This document shows positions 1-6,397 of a stretch of DNA of 7,660 nt, one piece after another. Position 1 is the stretch's first letter. Each line of letters opens with the position of its first letter. The position numbers and the translations under genes are program-made. Origin of the DNA: a virus. Its lineage: Duplodnaviria; Heunggongvirae; Uroviricota; Caudoviricetes. The DNA lies in the IMG/VR virus record IMGVR_UViG_2703718802_000005, one strand, 5' to 3'. Under the pieces are notes generated by a model, which was given only the letters and a program-made list of their open reading frames with translations, was not told where the DNA came from and ran no database searches.

Positions 1-1439
1 CTGGAGATTCAGGGGGCCAGTCTACTGCATTACGTGCTAATACAAAGCTCTTGAGAATCTTTAGAGAACAAAGAAACGCGGATGAACCAGAGCTTATTAT
101 TAAAGAATCTACATTTCCCCAACTCACTAATTCTGATCTTACAGATGCGCTTAATATTATGTGCCATTTATACAATGGTTTTGATGAAGGAAATATCAGC
201 CTGAAAACCTGGGGGGCGATGCAAGAAGTACAGACAACATCAACCTTTATCAGCCCGAGACCGGGAACCTGGAAAACAACTGAACTGGCAAAGTTTGTAG
301 AAGATGATTTATTTAATATTCTGACTGAATGTAAAGCCTGGAGTTCACCAATTCCAGCAGAAGCCCGACAGGGGTATTGCCACCAGGATCTCTCTGTTGC
401 ACACTCCTGCACCTCAGAGTTACTGGCACACCTGAATCAATACCATGAAATTGATGAATCAGCAATACTTGCCAGAGTTATTAGTATGACGATTAACGGA
501 TTCTACAAGAAAAAAAATACAGACCTTACGGAATGGCTATCCCCTTTTAAAGAGGAACATAAAATATTCAGGGATTGTCCGGAGCAAAATACCGGGGATG
601 TAATCAGACTGAAAGAGCAACTGTTGAAAACAGGACGTACAGAATTCGTGAATAATTTGTGTCAAGTCGCCAACTGGTATGAAATTAAGTCAATATACGA
701 TGAATACGTCCGTCTTTATGCCAATGAAATCATTAGTTGGTTCAACAAAACCATGGAGTATTTTAAACCAACAGATTTTATCCGATATACATGGAAATTC
801 GCAACAGTTACTCCGGATAAAGATACAGAAACTGGGCATACAACTGCATGGGAAAAGGATTATTGCCAGATAACCATACAACGTGATGAACTTCTGAGGT
901 TGATTCACACTAATACCCTTCAGGATGCAGTAATTTATCTTTGTCATTGTCTGCAGGAGAAATACAAGAAATCATCCCAGAATGAGACAGAGTTTCCAGG
1001 AATAAAACCTCCGGCATCAGAGAGTGAAATTAATATAACAGATAATTTTGAATTTCATTCTCTTATGGAGCTCAGTAAAGATAATGAGAAGCGGCTGGAA
1101 ACATTTCAAAAATGGTATGAAAAAAATAAAGTTTTGTTAGAAAGTCATAAACAAAAACGAACAGAGAAGATTGACGTTGCCGTACGACTTGTAGGGCTGA
1201 AAGCCTATGATCTGCATGAAGGGATTCCGGATAGGCCAAAACGAAAAGTTAAAGATGGCATAAATGAAGACATCAAAGCCGATACCAGTTTACGCCTGTC
1301 AAAGACAAATATAAGTGATACGTCGCTAAACCGTTATCGCCGCACTGTTAAGGAGATTATCAATAACGAAATCGACGTATTCCTGTTGGAACAGAAGAAA
1401 AAAATAAAAGATTTCCCTACAGTGAAGATAGAGATGTGA
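1..1439 (+). CDS. Hypothetical protein, C-terminal part (462+ codons); probably 5'-truncated by the window edge
   Basis: Track ORF 51..1439. The same frame (codon phase from nt 3) has no stop back to nt 1, and the first start-like codon at 51 is TTG with no Shine-Dalgarno, so the gene most likely begins upstream of the window. AT-rich (roughly 35-40% GC by eye) with a Lys/Glu/Asn-rich product; no catalytic motif recognised. Stop TGA at 1437-1439 is followed by an intrinsic terminator. Confidence 0.6.
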   Translation, partial: GDSGGQSTALRANTKLLRIFREQRNADEPELIIKESTFPQLTNSDLTDALNIMCHLYNGFDEGNISLKTWGAMQEVQTTSTFISPRPGTWKTTELAKFVEDDLFNILTECKAWSSPIPAEARQGYCHQDLSVAHSCTSELLAHLNQYHEIDESAILARVISMTINGFYKKKNTDLTEWLSPFKEEHKIFRDCPEQNTGDVIRLKEQLLKTGRTEFVNNLCQVANWYEIKSIYDEYVRLYANEIISWFNKTMEYFKPTDFIRYTWKFATVTPDKDTETGHTTAWEKDYCQITIQRDELLRLIHTNTLQDAVIYLCHCLQEKYKKSSQNETEFPGIKPPASESEINITDNFEFHSLMELSKDNEKRLETFQKWYEKNKVLLESHKQKRTEKIDVAVRLVGLKAYDLHEGIPDRPKRKVKDGINEDIKADTSLRLSKTNISDTSLNRYRRTVKEIINNEIDVFLLEQKKKIKDFPTVKIEM

Positions 1440-2159
1440 TTCGACCTTTATGGGGAAAATGCCTGACCGGACAGTAACTCCCTGAGGGGATAACAGCCCG
1501 GTTATCCCCTTTTCGTTATGCCTCGGTATACCGGAGTTCCAGGGACACGAGACAATCGGCAAATTATGCGGCTTTTCCATTAACAGATTCGGCCACAAGA
1601 ACAACACCATGTTTGTTTCGATCAGGATGTTCACTCCAGATTTCTGATTCAGGGATACTTCCCCATCATAGCAGATCCGATCACCATCAAACGGATAATA
1701 CCGTGCGGAATTTGTATCTAAGATAAACACCTTAAGATTCGTTGAACGACGCGCTATATGCTGCCAGAGGGCTTTACCTCCTTCATATTGCTCGTTATCA
1801 CTTAATAGTATAACGCCTGCTTTTGTGGCTATTGTTTCATAAACAAACGTAGCAAGGCCAACATCACGTACAGCGCCATCGACAACAATCCCTTCAATCT
1901 GAGCAACGTCCTGTTCTTCCCAGAATTTCCGGGCAAACACCCCTTCAAGCTGTGAACGACGCTGAAGCTCCAGAGTGGCAACAACCTTATGGCGAATATC
2001 ACCATCAATAACAGAAGGTGCAGCTTCGATTACCGCAGCGAACGGAGTCTTTGGATCCCAGATGATCTGGTAAAGCACGCCCTGAATAGTTACTCCATCC
2101 AGTATCGAAAAACGGCGGGCTACAGTAGCAGGGGAGTAAGACATTGGAATGACAGCCAT
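1326..2159 (-). CDS. Hypothetical protein (277 codons as encoded); C-terminal ~40-75 codons doubtful
   Basis: Track ORF; ATG at 2157-2159 with only a weak upstream AGG. Body is moderate-GC. The 3' end overlaps the plus-strand ORF by 114 nt and reads through its terminator hairpin, translating to a low-complexity Phe/Leu-rich tail (EIFYFFLLFQQEY), which looks like non-native coding. An R-x-x-G-x-A motif (RDVGLA) could hint at a GNAT-like fold; this is a weak guess. Confidence 0.45.
   Translation of the reverse strand: MAVIPMSYSPATVARRFSILDGVTIQGVLYQIIWDPKTPFAAVIEAAPSVIDGDIRHKVVATLELQRRSQLEGVFARKFWEEQDVAQIEGIVVDGAVRDVGLATFVYETIATKAGVILLSDNEQYEGGKALWQHIARRSTNLKVFILDTNSARYYPFDGDRICYDGEVSLNQKSGVNILIETNMVLFLWPNLLMEKPHNLPIVSCPWNSGIPRHNEKGITGLLSPQGVTVRSGIFPIKVESHLYLHCREIFYFFLLFQQEYVDFVIDNLLNSAAITV
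1486..1517 (+). terminator. Rho-independent terminator downstream of the 1..1439 ORF
   Basis: Perfect 9-bp stem GGGGATAAC (1486-1494) / GTTATCCCC (1501-1509) with 6-nt loop AGCCCG, followed by TTTTCGTT. On the minus strand the same hairpin is not followed by a T-run, so it is unidirectional. Confidence 0.8.
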
Positions 2160-2686
2160 TTTATGGCCTAAAATTTGAAAACATTAGTATCAATACTGAC
2201 CTCATCAGTCTGAGCATATATTGATAAAGTTTTTATGTTTACACTCAATAAATACCTTGCCAAACAACTAATATCGATGTCTACATTGCCATTCGACATG
2301 CTTACAATTTTTGTCAACAAGAAAGTGAATTTATATCAACGGTAAGAAGTAAACACGAGGACACCAAAACTAAATGTACACACTTTTGTGCTTTGTGTCC
2401 CCTGTGTGTACCCAAATGACAAACTGCAAGGAAATCTAGGCACACACTTATCTAACTTATTGATTTAAATGGTGCGATAATAGGAACAATACACATAGGC
2501 GATAAGCTTTGTTTTTGTTGCCTTTTTTATTGTTCATTTTTTATAGATACCCCCAAAAGTACCCCCATATCTTTTTCCGCCCCTGAAATTTGGTTGTTAT
2601 TCATACAGCATATCAGGCGGTAACGCTCTCCCTTTAACCCACTTATTGTATGATAGTGCTATCCCACAATAAGGAATCAGCCAGCC

Positions 2687-3046
2687 ATGAGAATGACCAG
2701 CCGTAAAAAAGAGATACTCAGTTATTTTGAGCCGGATAACCTAGAATGGGTGACAGGTGAGATTGGTGCGCCGCCGTTCGATGTGTCGGGCGTGGCCTAC
2801 CTGCTTCATGGCATGGTGTCGTTCGATAAGCGCCACCAGCTCGAATCAACCCGGCGCACACTGGAAAGCATGGTTGCTGGTGGACTGCTTGAGCGGGTGA
2901 CAGTGTATGAATCGCGTCAGGTACGGCGCGGCGGTGAGACTAACGCAACGGTCGTGCGCTACGGTTTACCCGGTCACTGCGCTGTTATGCGCGATACTGG
3001 CGGCGCTGATAACGCAATATCAGGCGAATACATGCGGGTCAGTTAA
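2687..3046 (+). CDS. Hypothetical small protein (119 aa), possible winged-helix DNA-binding protein
   Basis: Track ORF; ATG 2687 preceded by AAGGA about 12 nt upstream. Clearly more GC-rich than its flanks by eye. Segment TRRTLESMVAGGLLERVTVYE resembles a recognition helix plus wing (pattern-based guess). Stop TAA at 3044-3046 overlaps the convergent gene by 8 nt. Confidence 0.45.
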   Translation: MRMTSRKKEILSYFEPDNLEWVTGEIGAPPFDVSGVAYLLHGMVSFDKRHQLESTRRTLESMVAGGLLERVTVYESRQVRRGGETNATVVRYGLPGHCAVMRDTGGADNAISGEYMRVS

Positions 3047-3581
3047 GAGCCTGCAATCTGTCGTTAATGTTGTTCAGGTCGTAAACCCGGCGTTCAATAT
3101 CCAGCATCAGGAAATCGTGGATCTCGGCCTGTTCAGGATTATCAGACTCTCTGGCCTGTAAGAGCAATTCATTGTAACCATGCAAACCACCCGAATTTTC
3201 CGCCGGGGTAGTGCCCTTCCCGCGCAAACAGCTAACAGGCTGGATACTGGTATCATGTGTTTGCTTCTCCAGCACAACAAGGCAATCCCACCAGTCGCCA
3301 AAGTCATACGTGTAAACCAGCTTGTCACCCTCATTCTGGAGCGCCGCCCATAGTGGCGTGATTGCCGCGTTACCCATGCTTTCATCCTCACCCCATACGC
3401 GATACTCGCTACCTGGATCACCTTTACGCCCTTTCTCGAACATATACAGGTGTTCGTCATTCCAGCCAAAAGCTAACTGGATCACGGCATGAAGTTTACT
3501 AAAGGGGATTTGCTCTGGAACCAGCACACGCCGCCATATTGGTGGTTTGCTGTCTCGGATGGTTATCTTTATCTGGTACAT
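3039..3581 (-). CDS. pRiA4b ORF-3-like family protein (PF07929-like), 180 aa
   Basis: Track ORF; ATG at 3579-3581. N-terminal IKITIRDSKPPIWRRVLVP and central YTYDFGDWWD match the IWRR / YDFGDxW signature I recall for the plasmid pRiA4b ORF-3-like family. No strong Shine-Dalgarno; lies 43 bp downstream of the toxin-candidate gene on the same strand. Confidence 0.75.
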   Translation of the reverse strand: MYQIKITIRDSKPPIWRRVLVPEQIPFSKLHAVIQLAFGWNDEHLYMFEKGRKGDPGSEYRVWGEDESMGNAAITPLWAALQNEGDKLVYTYDFGDWWDCLVVLEKQTHDTSIQPVSCLRGKGTTPAENSGGLHGYNELLLQARESDNPEQAEIHDFLMLDIERRVYDLNNINDRLQALN

Positions 3582-3624
3582 GCGTCGTGAACCAATAGTG
3601 TACGTTTAGGTGGGTATTTTTCTG

Positions 3625-4059
3625 CTACTGACCAGGATAGAGCTGATGTGCCGGGTCAAGCCAGACAATATGGAATACATTACCGATGAAAAATCCATGT
3701 ATGCGACCATATTCATTGCGCGATATGGCAAATTGATAAGGTGTATAACTCTGAAACTGTTCATTCAAATGCTGAAATCCCTTAGGTTCAGATGTAGTTT
3801 GCCAATCAATCGGATGTGACTTCAACGAACCACCGCGATCGGTGGTGAACTCTCGTTCAGTCATAGTGGAAAGGTCTTTGAGGCGGTCTAACACCTTGCA
3901 AAAATAAACAGGATTCTGAGCGCTGAAAGTAAATTTCTCATGCGCCGCATCGATATACCGAAAAGAAAAGTTGATGGTCGTTATGCCTGAACCTGTTCCC
4001 CCAGGCACTATTTTTGTTTGCGAGGGTGCAATCTTCGACGCCCTGATTCTTTTCGCCAT
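3625..4059 (-). CDS. Toxin-candidate partner of the Panacea-domain antitoxin-like gene; 144 aa, fold not recognised
   Basis: Track ORF; ATG at 4057-4059 lies 2 nt after the TAA stop (4062-4064) of the upstream same-strand gene, a translationally coupled antitoxin-then-toxin layout. No family recognised by eye; notable C-terminal segment GRIHGFFIGNVFHIVWLDPAHQLY and N-terminal Gly-rich PGGTGSG. Confidence 0.6.
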   Translation of the reverse strand: MAKRIRASKIAPSQTKIVPGGTGSGITTINFSFRYIDAAHEKFTFSAQNPVYFCKVLDRLKDLSTMTEREFTTDRGGSLKSHPIDWQTTSEPKGFQHLNEQFQSYTPYQFAISRNEYGRIHGFFIGNVFHIVWLDPAHQLYPGQ

Positions 4060-4061
4060 AT

Positions 4062-4517
4062 TTAGGAAGCCATCGAACGATAAAACTCAGCCGTTACACT
4101 TTTATCAATAACATTCTTGCACGGCGCATCTGATGGAACCCCTTCACGGGCCTCCAGCCACGGCTTTTCTTGGTGCGTCATCTGCTCCAGCTCATAAGCT
4201 GTATAACCGCCAAATACCTCATAGATTTCCTTTAGATGCTTTGACACATTCGCAGGTAACTCAGGGCAGGCAATCTCTTCGTCTATTGAGCGCCATTTGT
4301 AATCTGCAAATCTGGTATACAAATCTCTGGCTACAGGGCCATGTACCCATGCTTCAAACTTGTCAGCAACCAGTTCTTCGCCATCATTCAGCGCCATGAA
4401 CCAAGCATCAGCATAGAACACCATTTTTTGCAGTTTCAGCGGCGTCATAACATCCCCATGCTCTTGAGCAAAGCAAAGCAGGTAATCCGCTACGCTGTTA
4501 AGGGTTGTAACTGCCAT
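4062..4517 (-). CDS. Panacea (DUF4065) domain protein, PanA/SocA-type antitoxin-like, 151 aa
   Basis: Track ORF 4062..4748 in frame; start placed at ATG 4515-4517 because AGGAG sits 8 nt upstream, whereas the ORF-opening ATG at 4748 has no ribosome-binding site. Product contains TPLKLQKMVFYADAWFMAL and FEAWVHGPVARDLYTRF, matching the conserved core I recall for Pfam PF13274 (DUF4065/Panacea; GepA-like 'phage-associated protein'). Confidence 0.8.
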   Translation of the reverse strand: MAVTTLNSVADYLLCFAQEHGDVMTPLKLQKMVFYADAWFMALNDGEELVADKFEAWVHGPVARDLYTRFADYKWRSIDEEIACPELPANVSKHLKEIYEVFGGYTAYELEQMTHQEKPWLEAREGVPSDAPCKNVIDKSVTAEFYRSMAS

Positions 4518-4838
4518 TATCCAATCTCCTGCCGTATGTTTTCGTCTATAACTGTCCACTACCGTTAATAATCGCATATAACCACGGGTATTGCCCATCG
4601 TAAAATGCCATTTAAAGATTCTGCGTGATGGCTCACCATCCACCGCGCAAGATACCCGGTGCGTTTGGCTGATAATCCGCAATTTGGTTGAAACCGTCCT
4701 GGAAACCTCAAGTTTGGAAACCAGCGACTTGCATCGTAGCTTTGCCATTCGGCGGTCATAGTTACTGCTATATCCCTTTATTGGCGAGACCTGCGAGAGG
4801 TTTTGTTGTTCGAATATATAAAGGTGAATAAAGGTAAT

Positions 4839-5024
4839 CTACCTGCGCGGCGCAGGCTTCTTCCACTGGTAGGCGGGTGATCGCATCATTTCGCGAAATT
4901 TGTCACGCCGGGCTATATTGGCATTAACTGAGCGTTCTATCTCCCGTTGATCTGCCGGGGTTAGCTGGTGGCCTTCGTGCTCCAGTTTGGCGGTGGTCAA
5001 TAAAGCTATTTCGCGTGGTGTCAT
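4839..5024 (-). CDS. Small hypothetical protein (61 aa), basic C-terminus
   Basis: Track ORF; GAGGG about 8 nt upstream of the ATG; same strand as the downstream antitoxin/toxin cassette. No family recognised. My manual count of the start codon here differs by 1 nt from the track; track coordinates used. Confidence 0.35.
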   Translation of the reverse strand: MTPREIALLTTAKLEHEGHQLTPADQREIERSVNANIARRDKFREMMRSPAYQWKKPAPRR

Positions 5025-5250
5025 ACGTCATACCCTCTGGAAGGATGAAACACGCCCGGATTAAATTTCATTTTTCGCGGGTATAAAAAAACGATGGGGC
5101 GGGCAGTCCCGGATAGTCAGGGCTGTAGAGATTTGACTACCCCCTCCCCACTGGATTCAGGTTACTGCTATTCCGTTAAGCGCTGCTTACGGGGATAGCT
5201 GCGTTGTGATTTTGACCATTCAGGTCGCCGCTATTTCCTCACCGATTGGG

Positions 5251-5280
5251 TGCTACGCGCGCGCGTACTTGTCCCGAAAT
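5251..5280. repeat. Copy 1 of dispersed ~25-bp repeat with palindromic alternating-CG core
   Basis: TGCTACGCGCGCGCGTACTTGTCCCGAAAT; core TACGCGCGCGCGTA is a perfect palindrome. Same motif recurs at 6643-6670 and 6931-6956. Confidence 0.85.
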
Positions 5281-5321
5281 ACCAGAAACCGCCAGCCAGA
5301 GGATGATTTCCCTCTGGTGGT

Positions 5322-5603
5322 CTACCTTTGCCTCTTGCCGCCATTTAACCGGAAGGCGTTACCGTTCGGTTGCGCTATCCCCATGCGGTGTTGCGTTTCG
5401 GTAACAGCTTTATGCAGGTCGCCAAATTCCTCAACCTTCACGGGCGGGCGCTTCACGTTCTCCAGACACGTTTCACGGCGGCGCTTTATCCATTCCCGAT
5501 CATCGTCCTCGCTGCATAACAGCATGACTTCCATCCATCGTGCGGCAGCTCTCCGGTATAGCCCTTTTGACTCCAGCTCTTCAGCTTTCCTGTCCCTTAT
5601 CAT
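5322..5603 (-). CDS. PerC-family transcriptional activator-like protein (93 aa)
   Basis: Track ORF; GAGG 5 nt upstream of ATG (5601-5603). Segment AEELESKGLYRRAAARWMEVM matches the conserved core I recall for PerC/Pch-family regulators (Pfam PF06069) found on enterobacterial mobile elements. The opposite-strand ORF 5206..5625 is judged spurious. Confidence 0.7.
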   Translation of the reverse strand: MIRDRKAEELESKGLYRRAAARWMEVMLLCSEDDDREWIKRRRETCLENVKRPPVKVEEFGDLHKAVTETQHRMGIAQPNGNAFRLNGGKRQR

Positions 5604-5640
5604 TTCTGCCTCTCAGATTATATAGATAAGCAAAAAGGTG

Positions 5641-5667
5641 TTGGTTCAGTTGGTTCAGTTGGTTCAA
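5641..5667. repeat. Three tandem 9-bp direct repeats TTGGTTCAG (third copy TTGGTTCAA); iteron/operator-like
   Basis: Directly visible at 5641-5649, 5650-5658 and 5659-5667, in the divergent intergenic region between the PerC-like gene (minus) and the RHH-like gene (plus). Confidence 0.85.
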
Positions 5668-5709
5668 TTTGTAAAGATCGTTGTTTTTATTATGTTTTTT
5701 CTAAAATAT

Positions 5710-5760
5710 TGAACCAACATCAACTCATTTTGAACCAACACAGCCCAGCTCTGAACCAAC
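5710..5760. repeat. Three copies of TGAACCAAC (reverse complement of the tandem repeat core) at exact 21-bp spacing
   Basis: Copies at 5710-5718, 5731-5739 and 5752-5760, i.e. two helical turns apart. Separated from the tandem array by an AT-rich spacer (5668-5708, includes GTTTTTATTATGTTTTTT). Confidence 0.85.
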
Positions 5761-5814
5761 AACACAGCGATAGCTTTGTGATTGGCCCGTTATTTTCTGG
5801 CTGATATTTGAGCG

Positions 5815-5845
5815 TATAACAGTGTTATACAGTGATATACTGTAT
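5815..5845. promoter_or_regulatory. Operator-like dyad upstream of the RHH-like gene
   Basis: Perfect inverted repeat ATACAGT-GATAT-ACTGTAT (5827-5845), preceded by a direct half-site repeat TATAACAGTG (5815-5824). Ends 18 nt upstream of the ATG at 5863, where an autoregulatory operator would sit. Confidence 0.4.
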
Positions 5846-5862
5846 GGATATTACTCACTGAT

Positions 5863-6318
5863 ATGGTCTTTGCAATGAGCAAATCTAATCTGGTCGCGTT
5901 CCGCATCCCATCTGAATTGCAGGATGAGTTTAATCGGTCTGTTCTCGCTTCTGGAGGGGATAAAACCTCCTGGCTTGTTGATGCGATTCGCATGAAGCTG
6001 GGACAGCCGGAAAAGTCTATTGATTCACGAATGCTTGGGCTGGTGGAGCGCATGGAAAAAGCTGCTGCGTCGCTTATTGCCGGAAAGCCGAACATCCCAC
6101 CAAAGCCATATAACGAAACGGCAGTTATAAAGATCATTGCCGATACCATCCGACAGGGATTTGATAATGGGCGTGTGATAGCTGAACGGATCAATGAAGC
6201 AGGCTATCAAACAAAAGCTGGTAAAGCGTGGGATAAAGATATTTACAGCGCGTGGAAGCGTCAGGGAAGCAATGCTGAAAAGTTAAAAGCGGTGATTGAT
6301 TGTAAGGTCAGCGTATAA
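5863..6318 (+). CDS. Hypothetical protein with N-terminal ribbon-helix-helix-like DNA-binding region (151 aa)
   Basis: Track ORF. N-terminus VAFRIPSELQDEFNRSV...KTSWLVDAIRMKL has the strand-helix-helix pattern of CopG/Arc-type RHH domains (pattern-based). Weak Shine-Dalgarno, so start is uncertain between ATG 5863 and ATG 5875. Opposite-strand ORFs 5790..6194 and 6025..6210 are judged spurious. Confidence 0.55.
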   Translation: MVFAMSKSNLVAFRIPSELQDEFNRSVLASGGDKTSWLVDAIRMKLGQPEKSIDSRMLGLVERMEKAAASLIAGKPNIPPKPYNETAVIKIIADTIRQGFDNGRVIAERINEAGYQTKAGKAWDKDIYSAWKRQGSNAEKLKAVIDCKVSV

Positions 6319-6397
6319 ACATGAGTGCCCATTGGAAAGCTGCTTGGGCCAATACCTTTATACACCAGCAGGTGGTGACGATAGGTGAGGATCAGGA

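Noticed and set aside
679-947. Short ORFs 679..873 (+) and 690..947 (-) inside the large plus-strand ORF
   Set aside because: Entirely nested in or antisense to a much longer ORF in AT-rich DNA; no independent start signals. Most likely frame artefacts.
1989-2171. ORF 1989..2171 (+), 60 aa
   Set aside because: Antisense to the 5' end of the 277-codon minus-strand ORF, with no Shine-Dalgarno.
2907-3469. ORFs 2907..3161 (+) and 3107..3469 (-) in alternative frames
   Set aside because: Both lie within GC-rich coding sequence of the 119-aa and pRiA4b-like genes. GC-rich DNA readily gives long spurious frames, and the pRiA4b-like frame carries the family motifs.
3610-3819. ORF 3610..3819 (+), 69 aa
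   Set aside because: Antisense to the toxin-candidate gene, which is supported by tight coupling to the upstream Panacea-domain gene.
4518-4748. N-terminal extension of the Panacea-domain ORF back to the ATG at 4748 (77 extra codons)
   Set aside because: No ribosome-binding site before 4748, whereas ATG 4515-4517 has AGGAG 8 nt upstream. The extension has no recognisable domain and Panacea proteins of about 150 aa are typical. Kept as 5' leader.
4133-4759. ORFs 4133..4399 (+), 4341..4568 (+) and 4565..4759 (-)
   Set aside because: They overlap the Panacea-domain gene or its leader in other frames. The products are Trp/Arg/His-rich with no motifs or start signals.
5206-5625. ORF 5206..5625 (+), 139 aa
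   Set aside because: Antisense to the PerC-like gene, which has a good SD and family motif. It starts with GTG inside repeat-containing non-coding DNA and its product is Ser/Arg-rich and low-complexity.
5641-5761. CRISPR array or type III toxin-antitoxin RNA repeat
   Set aside because: The repeats are only 9 bp, lack unique spacers of CRISPR size, are in mixed orientation, and no cas or ToxN-like gene is adjacent.
5827-5860. Possible LexA (SOS) box near the RHH-like gene
   Set aside because: The dyad is ACAGT...ACTGT, the wrong arrangement for the CTGT-N8-ACAG LexA consensus, and the nearby CTGT at about 5840 is not followed by ACAG at the right spacing.
5790-6210. ORFs 5790..6194 (-) and 6025..6210 (-)
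   Set aside because: Antisense to the RHH-like gene. The 5790..6194 ORF would run across the operator/promoter region of the plus-strand gene and has no domain signal.
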